NCBI GenBank assembly: GCA_964016885.1
Contig: OZ024742.1
Coordinates: 260,028,001 to 260,092,000 of the forward strand
DNA: 64,000 nt
Source of the DNA: Eledone cirrhosa
Lineage: Eukaryota
Reading direction: 5' to 3'
Made by a program: the position numbers and the translations under genes. Under the pieces are notes generated by a model. The model did no database searches, was not told where the DNA came from, and saw only the letters and a list, made by a program, of their open reading frames with translations. This document shows, in pieces, positions 35,636 through 49,679 of the stretch (its first letter is position 1; the number at the start of each line of letters is the position of its first letter).

Positions 35636-38376
35636 AGATAGATGTTAAATGATGATGATGTATGTGTATATTATATATATATGTATGTATATATAATATA
35701 TATATTGGTTTACAAAGCTAGTCAACGAGAACCCGTAAAACTTACTCATTACTTACTCAATAATATTACAAGATTTATGTGTTAGAAATACAAACCTCTA
35801 ACTCAAACTACACACATATGTTAATCAGTAAGATGAACAACTACATGTGGATAATGATATTTGTATACCATGTAAATCCAGACTGTTGATAGTTTCTGTA
35901 CTACAGTCTGTCAACAATAGTTCCAACTACAACTATTATTCACAGTAGTTAGGTAATATCTGCAGACATTACATAACTTGACACTGCTGTGTGTCCTCAG
36001 TGGGTGGTCACCTCTCATGAATGGAAAAGTTTGTTTAAAGGATTCATACCAGTCCTTTCACTGCCATCACTAATGTAGTAGACACATGTCTACTCCCAGA
36101 GAGGAGGTTGTACATGATAACTTCCTTCCCACTTTCACTCTTATTAATTCAGATACACACAATGCACATATATACACAGATACACACACAGAGCCACAGA
36201 CACACACACACATATAATGTTAAAGGGAACTCCTTAAAATAAGTTGTTTTGTATCATAGAAAGAGAGGCGGGTTTGGGTATTAAAAGGTATCAAAAAGGT
36301 AAAACATGTTAAATGTTGCTTTGTTGCCTGTTTCATTGATCAAACAACTGGAACATTTATCATTGAAATCAACGAAGGTCCATTCCAATTCTACATAAAC
36401 ATAAGGGTTAAAATACCTTTATTGTGAACCACATTGTGCTAGTGCTATTTTTTAATTCATTACACAGTATTAGAATATATAATAATTAAAATTTTATCTT
36501 GATTGGATACAAAAGAAAGTATTAATGCAGGGTAATAACATGCTTACTCAGCATTTTACGTTACAAACTTAATATGTGAGTGAGGGAGAGAAAGAGAGAG
36601 AGAGACAAGCAGGTAGAGAGGGAGTAGGAGAGATAGACATGTAAAGAGAGAGAGAGAGAGACGAGTAGAGAGGGAAAGAGAGTTAGACAGGTAGAGAGAA
36701 AGAAGTCTATATACACATCAGTTTAATAACCCCTCTCCTCCTCCATCACCAAAATTTGCTTCCTCATAACTTTCTTAATGTATATTTTTTAATGAAATTT
36801 TGCAGAAATACATTTTCCAAAGTCTACATTACAATTATGCTGATGAAAGGTTTTTAAAATGAATTTCTTTTTTTTTTTTTTTTTTAAATTCAGAGTTAAA
36901 ACATTATTTATTGTATTCTTGCATAAAATCTATAACATTATCCTCATTGATATTATTTGTCAACATGAAATCAGAAGATATGATGAAAAAATATTCCAAC
37001 CCTATGTTTAGCTTACTGTAACAGCTTTAACAAACAGAACTGTATACAATAATGAAAATATTAAAATATAAATTAAATTTTCTTTTTAAATTTCAGCAAC
37101 ATAGTCATAAAGTACTCCTTGGAAAATGTATCTACAAAATCTACATTATTAAGAAACTTTGTTCTTGTATTTATTTCACAAGATTCTTGGTGTGAAATAG
37201 CAAAGTGAGTGTCATGCTGCCAATTAAAATATTTGCACTAGCTGAATTTCAATTTAGGGTTTACTAGTAAAAAAATAATTAATACACCCAATGGATTAAT
37301 TACCTGATTAGTGTGCAAGAGAGAAGACTGCTCTGGTATGGACATGTGGTGCATGTGGATGATGATCATTGGGGGTGATAATGACTAAGGAACACTTGAG
37401 AGTGATGAGAGCTGATCTCATGGAAGAGATATGCTGGAAAGGGCCTGACTAACCTCTGCAAAAATGATGACAATGGCATGATGTGTGATAACTATGTGAT
37501 GGAGTGATTTGATTTATAAAAGGGGATTTAGTTTTATTTGGGGGATGGGGGAGGGGGCAGTTTAAATGTCTTTTGAAATCTTAAGTTCAATATTGTATGT
37601 TAGCATTACAAGTGTTGCTTATAAGTTTTCCAAGTTCAATAGTTAAAAAAACAGTTAAAGTTATAACTCACAACTCTGCAGTTTTAGATGGCTACCTACA
37701 AGGTTGTATCTCATAAAAGGTTTCTTAGGTGTTTTAATAATTGTTTCTACTATTAGCACAAGGCCAGAAATTACCCAGTGCATTACTGGTACTTTATTTT
37801 ATCGACCCCGTAAGGATGAAAGGCAAAGTGTTTTAATAATAGTGACCATAGTCATATGTTGTTATAGTTCCCACCTTTGCAGTTTTAAATGGCCTCAATC
37901 AAGGTTACATCTCATGGGAGGTTTCTCAGGTGTAAAATAACATAACATAAAATAAAGTAACATTGCTCAAGAACATGTCACCCAGTCCAGGAATTGAACC
38001 CATGACTTTATAATTGTTAGTACAACACCATGATCACTAAGCAACATGGCTTCACAGATATCTATATATATTCATGAGTGCTGGAGTGATACAATTTATT
38101 AAAAAGGATTTATCATTTTTGTTGTTTTTGTTTTTAAATATCTATTGAAATATTGTATGATGGCATCACAATGTAATTGTGTCATCATCATCATCATCAC
38201 AGACTACTTGCATTTGTTGTTAGCTGTTGGGACATTGCATTCAAAACTTCCATGCTTCTCAAAATTTGCCAACACTGCATCTGGTATTCCCCCTCCATAT
38301 ACACGCACACATGTATCTGTGTGTATATTATGACTCATACACTGTTCACTTTCCTGACATATGTACATTATTCTAT

Positions 38377-38568
38377 CGGTTGTGGATTGGCAGTATCGGT
38401 AGAGGGTCGGACGCCATGCTCCGCAGCACAGAGTTCCGTCCCTTTACGGACTGAGTTCAAATCCCGCCGAGGTTAACTTTGCCTTTCATCCTTACAGGGT
38501 CGATAAAATAAAGTACCAGTAATGTACTAGGAAATTGCCGGCCTTGTGCCAAACGTAGAAACAATTAT
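38377..38568 (+). mobile_element. Family A SINE
   Basis: Full head-to-tail match, flanked by a duplicated ATTATTCTAT. Confidence 0.88.
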
Positions 38569-39724
38569 TCTATGTACAATACATGCACCTTTGATGAGTT
38601 ATAGTGCTCCTGAGCACTGTACAGAATGATTTTCATTATCATTATCACCATTGTCATCATTTAACGTTTTTTCTTCCTGCTAGCAAAGTTTGGATAGGTC
38701 AGTATTTAATCTGATCTCACAGTTTGGCTGGGAGAGAGAACACGACTTGCTTACATACACCCCCGTGGGTGCACAATCTCTCTCTCCCTCCTTCCCTCTC
38801 TCAAGTGCCTTGTGTGCATTTTCATGGCACCGGCACTAGGGTGGTTGTTGTGTCTGACACAATTCAAAAGAGTCCTCTCAACCCTTTGTTTGGCAAGTTT
38901 TCTGTGGCTAGATACCCTTCCTATCACCAACCACTTTACAGAGTGTATTGCGTGCATTTTATTGTCTCACCAGCAGTAGGAAGGTTGAGTGTTAATGGAT
39001 TAAATACTTCCCATTCTACTGCAATGGCTCCAGAAATTGTAAGTTTAAATATTGTATGATGCTACTACAAGTGTTATGTATATAATTTTCAATCCTCAAG
39101 TGTAACTATGTGTCAATGAATACATAAACTTCACATTCTACTTAATATTAATACTAATATTAATATTAACAGCATTGTTTCTCTCTCTCAGATGTAACTT
39201 GTTTCTATTTTATTTTTGCTTTGGTATTTGTTATTGTTAATTTTCTTTTGTTGTAATTCGAGGTTGTTCAGTGTATTGCTTTGCCTAAATAGCTTGCATA
39301 TGAAATCATGTGCCATATCCTTAGTATAATAATGGCTAAAAGCACTTGCAGCCGTTATGTAATGTAAAATACAATGCAATGCAAGAATGGTTGCAGAAGT
39401 AGCTTGATATTTTATCTGCACACCAGTAGTCAGTGTAAAGAATGCTATGTTCATTGCATTCTCCTAATTCACTTAGAGACACATGTACTTGACTGTTCTT
39501 TTTAGAGTGTCTGTTTTCAAATGTAAACTTCATATGTGTATGTAGTTATATTTAACTGTTGTCATTATCATCATCATATGTCTGTTCTTCCAAGCTTACT
39601 ACACACACACCCATACACATGTCTACCTTCAGTATGGCAAACCGTTTTAACCCATGCAAGCATGGAAAATAGACATAAAACAGTGATGATGTTGATAATG
39701 ATATCTATCTATTTATCTATACCT

Positions 39725-39775
<51 letters not shown>

Positions 39776-40019
39776 AGAGAGAGAGAGAGAGAGTTTAGTA
39801 CTGAATGTGACAATTTAAATTGTGTTCTCGATTGTAAGATCTTCTTTGAAAATCTCCTTTCTTGTTAGAAGTAAACATTTTCAAACATCACCTTTTATGT
39901 GAACAAACCATCTTCTGCATGGTCACTTCATTTGATTGAATTAGTCACCAAAGATATTTTAGATATTTTTTACTAACACAACATTTTATTTACTCTTTTA
40001 CCTGTTACAATTGACTAGC

Positions 40020-41367
40020 TAAGGCCTTGTTGGGGCAATACCATTGTCACTACACTGTATAGCCAGCTTTCTTTAGTTGGCCATTGATATAAGAGGGAAT
40101 TTGTCACTGCTGCCCTTATTTGTACTTTGTTTCATGCTGTGGATTCATCTGGGATCTTGGTAAGCAGAATTTTAAGATGCTTCTTGAAAACATCTACATC
40201 CACACTATGTAGATCTCTCGGGTTTTTTGGCAGCTTATTAAAAAGGTCGGGGCCTTTGAACCTAGTCTAAACTGCATATTGTTTGCCTCTACTACTTTTA
40301 TATTATCAGCATAAATGGTGAGGGAGGCTGCCTGTACTACAGAGGGCATATCAAAGAACCACCACAAACAACAGTGGTCCCAAGACAGTTCCCTGGGGAA
40401 CACCACTTATTGATGTTTCTTTTCAGTGGGCCCTATTGATGGCAATAATCTGGCTTCTCTCTTTTGAGAAGTCATGAAGTCATTCATCTAATTTTCCAAC
40501 TAATATGCCAAAACTACATAGTTTGTGACATATTCCATGATCAACCTTGAATGGTCTTGCAGCTGTTTCAGTAGCCTGTCATAATGCTGTAAAAGCTGTG
40601 TAAGGCTGCTTCTTTCCAGGCAAAAGCCATGCTGGGTATCAATAGGCCATTTCCTCTGGGAACATGATCAGTTTCCTTCTGAGGATTCGTTCCATGACTT
40701 TACTGATATGTAAGGTCAAGAAGCCTGATCTGTAGCTTTTAGCATGTACTCTGCTTCCTCCTTTTTGGATAGGACGTATGCCTTCTGGGCAGATTACTAC
40801 TTGCAAGGGAACTTTGGAAGAGGATCTGCAGTGGTTTTGGTAAGGTCTGATTGCATATTTTTCGGAGGATTGCTGGGAACCCATCAGGGCTGGCAGCTAA
40901 ATTTGGTCTCATTTCATCTACGGCTGATATTATATCTTCCTCTTTATATCTATGTAGTTGATGATTGCCATTTCACTGTATAGAGCTGTAAGGTCAAATA
41001 AGTCATCTGGCTTATTTATTTCAATGTGCCTCATTGGGAGTGTGAAATACTTTTATATTGCTTGTTCAGTACAGTGCTTATTCCATTGGGGTCTGCAGTT
41101 ATATTTTATGAAAAAGTGGCCCTATCCTGAGACAGTCACTTTTGCAAATTTAAAGAAGTCCTTAAGGTTTGTTTTTATATTTTCTATTGCCTTGGCTTCT
41201 TTCTCTGCTACATCTTTTTCATGGAAGTTCTGTTTCAATTTCAAACAGTGCTTGATTCAAATAGGATTCCTTCTTGTTCTTTAGTTGTATATTTAGCTGG
41301 TTTGAGATCTTCGTTCCTGTCTCTGGAAATATTTTTGTGCCAGTTGGTCTTTCTTTCTGGGGCAAAC
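40020..41367 (-). mobile_element. Highly degenerate CR1/Jockey-like LINE
   Basis: Minus-strand GVPQGTVLGPLLF, IYADN, HISKVMERI and HGF remnants, with many stops. Confidence 0.7.
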
Positions 41368-41371
41368 TTAA

Positions 41372-41580
41372 CCCTTTAGCATTTAAACCAGCCAGAATTC
41401 TCTCACCTCTTTCTGTTGAAATTGACCATAACCGGCTGCTCATACTGATGTTAAGGTATTGTTAAGGTATTGTTCTCAAAATAAATAATATTAAAATTTC
41501 ATAGATTCGATATTATGTGAGATAAAGTGTTTACCATGAAAATACAATAGTATATATAGAGTAATGTAAATGCTAAAGGG
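41372..41580. mobile_element. piggyBac-like MITE
   Basis: TTAA TSD and TIR CCCTTTAGCATTTA / TAAATGCTAAAGGG. Confidence 0.92.
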
Positions 41581-44042
41581 TTAAAGCATTTAGTTTGTAC
41601 TGTTGTCACTGCATTCAACATTATAATAGATATTTTTTTACTACCACATTCAACAAAAAGCATCTAGTTCACTCTGTAAGGTGGTAGTGCTGGTGTTACA
41701 ACAAAAAGCATGCAGTCCATCCTATAAGGTGGTTGGCATTAAGAAGCCATAGAAACAAAAGCGTGGAATATACCAGCAAGATTTTGTCATTTGGCCTGTC
41801 TAGCCTCACAACCTGTCTAACTCATGCAAGTATGGAAAATAGACATAAAACAGTGATGATATGAGGATGGTGGTGATGATTATGATCATCATCATGTGAT
41901 GGTGATGATCATGTGATGGTGATGATGTTGTGAAGATAATGATAATACACAGTGGCCAGTTGATTCAATACATTTGTACGCATTCAGATCAGGTCTGAAG
42001 TTAAGATAATTTCTTCCACCAATTACAGAAGCTCTGGAAAGGGTCATGGGCTCTGCATTTCCTCTCCCAAATTCATACTCCACCACCTCCCCCATCACCA
42101 TCACAACCATTGCACCATTACCATCATCACCACCATCATACCATTACCACCACTGCAACCATCACCAATATCACCACCACCACCATGTATTTTTCTTTGC
42201 CATCTTTTCTACCTTGTCTTTTTATATTCATCTTTCATTAGTTTTGTTTTATTTGTTTGTTTTTTCACTTGATTCATAATTTTCTTTCTAGTTCTCACCT
42301 TTTTTTCTTTCATCTTAACGTTAATCTTCATCAACATGGCTATCATACCTCCATTTTCATCCACTCCTCCACTTCCCTGCTCCAATATGCACTTTTCTTA
42401 GGTTTCTGCAATTGGCAGCAGCACTAGCACTAATAATATTACTGCAAGATCAATATTGTCATGGCAACTGGAAAACTAGGCACTTCTATCTTTTACCATA
42501 CTACAGTCTACCCCCTTCCCCCTATTTCACTCTATTTTCTCCCCATCTTACTATGTTTTCACATGATATTGTTCTGTTTTCTTCTCATCTCACTCTGTGT
42601 TCTCACCATCTCATTATGTGTTCTTACCATCTCACTGTTTTCTCCTATCTCACTGACTCTATTTAGTAATATCCTCTTCAACATCAAAGAAGCCAATGAC
42701 TTGTTTTTTCTATTTTCTATAGATTAGGTGAGCACATGCATTCACTCACATACACACATGTATACAACTGGCTTTTATATTTTCCAACTGCCAGATTCTA
42801 CTCACAACCCATGGTTATAGAAGATACTTGCCTAAGGTGCTGCGCAGCAGGACTGAACCTAAAACCACACGATTGCAAAGACATCTAGAGAAAATTATTA
42901 ATTATTTCATATTAACTTAACATATAGTTCTTATATAACATATAAAATTATGTTGTAAGATTCAAATTTAAATAAGAACACTTTAATATTGCTGGTTTGT
43001 TTCACAGAACCAGAGCTGGTTTTGGCTGGGCTGGTATCAAAAGGATTAAAATGTTTCTTTATCTAAAAACCTTTCATCATAATTTTATGTAAGACTGTTT
43101 GTTATGTTCTAAACACCAGCCCAAATCTCTCTAAATTCTTGATCATTTTCAAAATTATTTGAAAACGATAGGCAGTGTCTTTCATTACAAATATAGTAAA
43201 GAAAGGGTTAATGATATTATTTTTATCACAACAATATAATCAATTTCAAAGCTACCAATTACTGTATCAAAGTGAATATGATAGCTGGAGCAGATTTGGG
43301 TGACAACACAACAGATTCTCTCCTCAATGTGGTAAGATGCTTAAATTATGGATTGATTAAAGCATTTCTTTAACAATTATCAATCACGACTTTAATCCTA
43401 ATAAAGTAGAGTTTTTGTTCTTTGTTTGTGATTATACAAAGACAATATATAGTAAAGGGGATTCTCCAGTCTGGATGTGCATATAACATCCTCTTTGGGG
43501 ATGGTGCTATGATAAAATCTATCCAGTTCATGTTGTAAAGTGATAGTATTGGTACCACAAAAAGCACCCAGTCTATTGTGTAAAGTTGTAGTGCTGTGCC
43601 ATATGAAATGTACCCAGTCCATTCTGTAGAGTGGTAGTGCTGGTGCCACAATAAATGATGATAAATCCTTAGCCATTATCTGCCCACTGTAGCATGAATA
43701 CCGTGACAATTGTTAGTATCTGGTGTTACACACAGCCATATCTATCTGTGTTACTATCTGGTGTCACATTCAGCATTGTGTGTGTGTGTGTTGGACCTCT
43801 GTCAGTTACTATTTGGTGTTATACTCAGCCATGTGTGTGTGTGTCAGTTATGACGGCGAGTGTATCAGTTGGTTCAATGAACAGGACGGTCTTCTGGTGA
43901 AATTAATGTGCAAGTGGCTGTACATTCCATAAATACATGTACCTTTAATATATTTCTCAGGGAGATTCAGCATGGCACATTGTGTGACAAGGCTTGCCTT
44001 TTGAATTACAGTACAGTCCTGTTTGTATTATTGTACAAGTGA

Positions 44043-44245
44043 GGGTGGTAAATTGGCAATACCAGTAGAGCATCAGATAACATGATTTGCAGCATAGAGT
44101 TGTGGCCCTTTGCGTTCTGCGTTCAAATCCTGCTGAGGTTAGCTTTACCTGTCATCCTTACAGAGTCAATAAAATAAAGTACCAGTAACACACTAACCCT
44201 AACCCAATAATTGCTGGCCTTGTGCCTAAATCAGAAATCATTATA
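44043..44245 (+). mobile_element. Family A SINE (diverged) among family B SINE remnants
   Basis: GTTCAAATCC B-box and the conserved central domain, flanked by a repeated ATTA(T/A)GTACAAGTG. Confidence 0.75.
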
Positions 44246-44632
44246 GTACAAGTGGCTAAGCTGAATCTCCCTGGAAACTATGTTAAGGATACAAGTTTCT
44301 GTGGAATATTCAGCCACTTGTACTATAGGATGGACTGTATCTGTAATTCAAAAGGTCAACCCTGTCACACAATTTGTCATGCTGAATCTTCCTGAGAACT
44401 ATATTAAGGGTACATGTGCCGGTAGAATGCTTATTATTATAAAATCCTTATTATAAGTTGGTGTTTGGAACATGACAAATGTTCTTACATAAAATTATAA
44501 TGGAAGTGTTTTAGATAAATATAAAACACTTTAAACTAAACAGTTTTGAAGTGTAGAACCAAGAGCAGTTTGCTATCAAAAGGCTAAAAATATATTGTTT
44601 TTCATTTATTTGGTAAAACTTTTTACCTTTAA

Positions 44633-44873
44633 CCCTTTTGTTACCATAATAACAATGTTACCATAGGCACTGCCTATGATTTTAAAATAATTTGGAGAGA
44701 TTTAGTAATACAACTAACTTTCTCATTTTAATTTGGTATGTGGAACATAACTTAACAAAGGGTTTTACATAAAACTATGATGGAAGATGTTTAAATAAAT
44801 ATAAACACTTTAAAATAAACAGTATTTTATCGACAAACAAGAGGTGGTTTCTGGCAGTTTGGTATCAAAAATA
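44633..44873. mobile_element. Second, older TTAA-flanked MITE family (representative copy)
   Basis: TTAACCCTTTTGTTACCAT...GGTATCAAAA(GGG)TTAA. Related AT-rich copies lie near 5610, 16880, 21700, 27295, 32070, 43050, 45795, 55180 and 63080. Confidence 0.7.
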
Positions 44874-45959
44874 TTAATTCTAATTTTTTTCTTATTTCTT
44901 TATTTAAAAAATTTTTTAATGCTAAAATCATTTCTAAATATCTCTCCATGGTTAGTTTAATTCCTTGCGATGATCACAGCTGGGGATATTTTACTAATTT
45001 ATTCCTTTTAATTTGATTATTGAACAGATGAATAATTTACTATGCCAGATCAACAGTCAATATTTTTTTGTGGTGCTGGGAGGTTGTTTTTTGTGTCTTT
45101 AAATTCTCTTTCCCTCTTTCACCCCTCTATCTCATCAACCTCCCTCTCAACCCCTCACTATCTCATCCATCTCTCTCAAATGTTTCTCACACCCCTCTCT
45201 CTCACCTCACACACCCACTTTCTCAACTGTCTTTCTCCTTTTCTTCTCTCTCTCTCTCTTTCTCCCCCCTTTCTCCCCCTCTCTCTCTACCTATATAATT
45301 CTATAATTCTATTTTGTCATTATATTGTATTTTGCCGTTTTTCCGTTTCTCTTATCTGTATTTCTGTGCACATGCATGTTTGTGCATGTGTGTGTCTATG
45401 TATATGTATGTGTGCAGGTATGGTTGTGTGTGTACATATGCATGTTCATGTCTCTAATTATATGTGTGTATATGTGTATGCAAGTTTGTTTGTGTGTGTA
45501 TGCATGTGTGTATTTATGTTTGTATGCATGTGTATGTTTGTGTGCATTTATGTGTTTATGTGCATCCATGTATGCATGTGTGTGTGTTTAATCTCTTGCT
45601 AAGAATTTCCAATGGGGAAGAAGTTTGCTTTTTGAACTGGGGCTTGCTTTAATTATTAACAGTTTTCTCTCTCATTTCTTTTCCACTCTATAATATATAC
45701 TGCAATACAGACAAATTATTTCTTTATTTTACTTCCTACAGCAATATCTCTCCCTATCTTCTTTCTCTACCTTCATTCTCTCTCTATCTTAACCCTTAAC
45801 TTACCATATTTCTAATGAAAAACACTGCCTATATATTTTTAACAATTTCAAAAGTAATCAAGAATTTGGAGGGATTTAGTTATATAAATGGTGTTTGGGA
45901 CATAATGTAGTAAAGGTTCTTATATAAAATCACGCTGGAAAATTTTTCAGATAAATATA

Positions 45960-46129
45960 CTGTATTTCCCAGCGTCGAAGACACTACTTTTTCCTATAGT
46001 AAGTCTCAAAAATCTACCATGCATCCTGGAGGCTGAAGGTTGTTTATTAATTTTTTTTTTCAAAATTTTGGTTGTCAAAATTAGGCTGCGTCCTCAAGGA
46101 CGAAGCGTCTTCGGTGCCAGGAAATACGG
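45960..46129. mobile_element. pogo/Tigger-like MITE nested in a TTAA MITE
   Basis: TA-CTGTATTTCCCAGCGTCGAAGAC...GTCTTCGGTGCCAGGAAATACGG-TA. Confidence 0.8.
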
Positions 46130-46372
46130 TAAATAAAAGAAACAGCTTTGTAACATAGAACCAGAGCTAGTTTCAGGGGGTTTAGTATTAAAATGGTTAA
46201 TTTCTCTTTTCTCCTTCACTTTCTTTTTCCCTCTGCTCTTCTATTTACCGTTTTTCTACCCCCACTGCTCTACTCTTACTGTTCCTCTTCCAGTGATTCC
46301 TTCACATAACCTTTCATCTCATACACTTCTTACACCCACACACCCATGCTCTTCACTCATGCTTGCACATAA

Positions 46373-46692
46373 GTGAAGATGTGTGACCTAGTGGTTAAGG
46401 TGTTGGATTCACAATTATAAGATCATGGGTTTGATTCCTGCACCAGGCAGTGCATTGTGTGTTTTTGAGCAAAGCACTTCATTTCACATTGTTCAGTTCA
46501 TTCAGCTGGCAAAAATAAGTTGAGCCTGTAAAGAGACAACCTTGTTAATATCATACTGAATCATTCTTAGAACTATGTTCAGATTACATGTGTCAGTGGA
46601 ATGCTCAGCCACTTGCATATTAATTTCATGAGCAGGCTCTAATGTTGTTTGAACAAATGAAACATGTTGGAACTGATGGAGATCCAACAACA
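46373..46692 (+). mobile_element. Full-length CORE/Ceph-type SINE (family B)
   Basis: tRNA-like head CCTAGTGGTTAAGG..GGGTTTGATTCC, CORE TTGAGCAAAGCACTT, then CTCAGCCACTTGCATATTAATTTCATGAGCAGGCT and a (CAA)n tail. Confidence 0.85.
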
Positions 46693-46859
46693 ATATAGAA
46701 ATAAAGAAATAAAAGTGTTTTATTCAAAATTTTCCTTGATGAATCGCTATAAGATTTATTTTATTTTGTTTTTTCTTCTTATCTGTGTTTTGTTTTTCCA
46801 CGGCAACGACTGAAACAGTTTTAGTCCCATGGACGTCATTTCAATATGAAATAATTATA

Positions 46860-48515
46860 TTTTTTCTCTACTAATGTAATGAATACCTTATTTAATAATA
46901 TAATAAGTATGAGATGAAAGAATGGTATTTAACTAATGTAATGGTACACGATGGGGCCCACCCACAGCCCCGGCAGACAGAATGGAGAAGGCGTTTCCCC
47001 GGAGGACGGCAAGGGAGACGCGCTGGAAAAGCCACTCCAACTCGCGGGGCTCACACCTACGGCTGGCCAGCTCAGCGCCTATGGTGGTGAGTAAGGAGGT
47101 AGCCCTGGGGCCGAGGACACCAGAAGTTTCCACTGCCAGGGGAACGACCGCAAACCTGTCGGAGTGCATGACGAACTTGCAGATCACCTTGGCAGCCAGC
47201 CTCCGGAAGACATTGCCCACAGCAATGGGGCGTATGCCACCCTCTTTCTTCCTGAGAGCGGTGAGGCTGGCCGAAAAAAAGAGGCCTCGGGCGTAAGGGT
47301 CGAGGGCACCATGAATGAGCCTATTGGTGAGCGCCACAATTGCACTCAGAAGGCGGCACCCGGCCTCAGTGGAGAGGGGGGGATGTCAACTCCTTGAGGT
47401 GGGCTGGTCGGAGACCATCAACACCCCTGCAGCTGCTAGCTGGGAAGGACCTGATGGCGGACATGATATCTGCATCAGTAGCCACAAGGAGCAGGTGGGG
47501 GTATGGGTTTGAGATCAGTGGGTGGCTCAGGGTGTTTGAGCCGCAGAGCAGCCAGGATCTCCTCGGTGGGTTGGAGGACAGTGTCCTCTGAGACAACAAT
47601 TTTGACTGCGGCCGAGACATCACCCATGATAAGCTTTGCGTTTACCTGGTCACGTAAACGCTTGGCGCTGGCCTCGGGGGTGGAGGATAGGGGGTACCTG
47701 AGGGTGGGGTGTGTGGCGTCCCTGGGCACGCTTGGAATGGGCGCTCGCCCAAATGATGAGACATTGGCCTTGACGAAGGCTGCTGCTGACCGGCCGCCCC
47801 GGTCAGCGCCAGAGCTGGGGAGGCTGAGGGCGGGTGGTGCGAAATAGAACAGCCGCTCCCAGTCACTGGCTCGATTGGAGTCCAGGGCGCTCTCAATCAA
47901 GGAAGCGAGGGCATCGGCTACCGGCACCCGTGCCGTTCTCGGGATCCTGAGTGGGATCTTTCGGAGCCGCCTGAGCTGAGCGATGTTGACCAGCGAGGCT
48001 TGGGCGTCAGGCAAGCTCACTGTCCCAGCTGGTGGTGTGCCAGACGGCCGGGGTGGGAAGACGTGGGGAAGAGGCAGCTCCTGCACCTCCACGCTGCGAG
48101 GGCATTGGAAGCTCGACGAGTCAAGCCAACGCAGGTGAGGTGGTGTAAGCAGCCGCACCCCAAACAGTTCCGGCCCCTCTTCTGTTTGTTAGTAATGCTG
48201 CAGGTGTCGATTTGGAGGGATGGGGCGTGTGGCCGGGGACTGGGGCACCGAGCAGCATCAGGGGTGGGTGGCTGGTGTGTGTGGTTGGAAGGGAAAGTGT
48301 TGGTAAGAGGGCAGCATAGCTCACCTATATATATGGAAGTGCCAGAGAACGAGAGCGAAAAGGGGCTGCATGGAGGGGGAGACACAGGAAGGTAGAATGG
48401 CAGTAAATGAATGAGTGAATGGATGGATGTACACAGAAAAAAAGGGGGAGGACAAGGGGTTGTTCCCAGCGGAAAGACCCAGAATTCAGCACGCACACAT
48501 GCGAGCAACTGAGCA
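46860..48515 (-). mobile_element. CRE-clade (RLE-type) non-LTR retrotransposon, internally deleted, with N-terminal PHD finger
   Basis: Frameshifted ORF pieces: PHD-like C..CLGC..HHLTC..WRCRSC; AIRSFP.SS..GVDGLRPAHLK; LTALRKKEGGIRPIAVGNVFRRL (RT motifs 0-2), fused directly to VPLAVETSGVLG..LFQRVSLAVLRGNA (CRE C-terminus). Strongly GC/CpG-rich relative to its flanks. Confidence 0.85.
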
Positions 48516-48819
48516 GTTTGTCAAAGACGATATTCTCAATGGACGCGCTTACAATATTTGAATATAACTGAACCGTCGTGTCATTTAATTTGAAAAGTGG
48601 AGCAAAGTAAAAAGAAAATAGTGAATTTGGAGTGTCAATCCCTTGTGATTTTTTTTTTTTTTTTTCCAATACCGGACTTACAGTTTTCCAGGATTTATAC
48701 TCTTTTTTTTTTTTTTTTTTTTTTTTTTCCTTCAAAAGGATGGAGGCGTTTTATCTCCTCATGAAACTGACATTACTTAATGATGTTCGTCATCTTTAAA
48801 TTGAACTGTCAATTTCTAT

Positions 48820-49152
48820 GTTGAGTGTTCCAGTTGTTTGATCAATGGAAAAACCTGCTCATAAGATTAACATGTTAGTGGTTGAGCATTCCATGGACAT
48901 GTGTCCATTAATGTAATTAATTCTCAGGGAGATTCAGCATGACACAGTATGTGACATGGTTGGCCTTTAGATTTATAGGTACAGTTGATCCAATGGGCCT
49001 CCACACAGTTTCTGTCTACCCATTTTCACTCACAAGTCATGAGTCAACCCAAGGCTATGGTAAATGACACCCTAAATACTACACAGTTGGGTCAAACCCA
49101 GGACCTAATGATTGTGAAGAGAACACCTTAACCATTTGGCCATGATGTGTCT
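48820..49152 (-). mobile_element. CORE/Ceph-type SINE (family B)
   Basis: Reverse complement of the family B body plus a tRNA-like head. Confidence 0.75.
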
Positions 49153-49679
49153 ACTACAGCAGTATATATTGTTATATTGTTATATTGTTATATATGGGGA
49201 GGGTCATATTGTTATAATATTGCCAGATACAATAACAGAACGCACTCACTGTTTGGTTTGGATTGGTTTTCACTTCTGTATCTTTTATATCTCCATAGTT
49301 AATTTATCTGGCAATCAATGTTTATCATTGATTGACCAACGGTTAAAAATACAGATATAAATATATATATAGTCTATCAAAGTTCTTTCATCACACATCT
49401 GTTACATCATCAGTGGTACTATTATATTTCCTCCTGTTGTATTCTAATGTCTACGCCTTTTTTGTTTTATTTATTTATTAAAAAACACCAAAGATTCAAG
49501 GCATGTGTTTCTGCCGACATAAATCTTATCCCAGGGTCAAAATCAAAAGAATTCTTTTTTATTTTTATAGTTTTACAATTAGTATATAATAGCTCTGTGT
49601 GAACCATCTGGTAAAGTATTTTTAATATACCATTAATAATATTAATACTATCACTATTATATATATATATATATTTTAC

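Noticed and set aside
37490-37512. LCDGVI as a possible LDLa continuation exon of the 19585 gene
   Set aside because: There is an immediate stop and no acceptor, and it is adjacent to a decayed RTE tail.
44192-44205. Telomeric CTAACCCTAACCC
   Set aside because: Only two units inside a SINE, which is not an interstitial telomere array.
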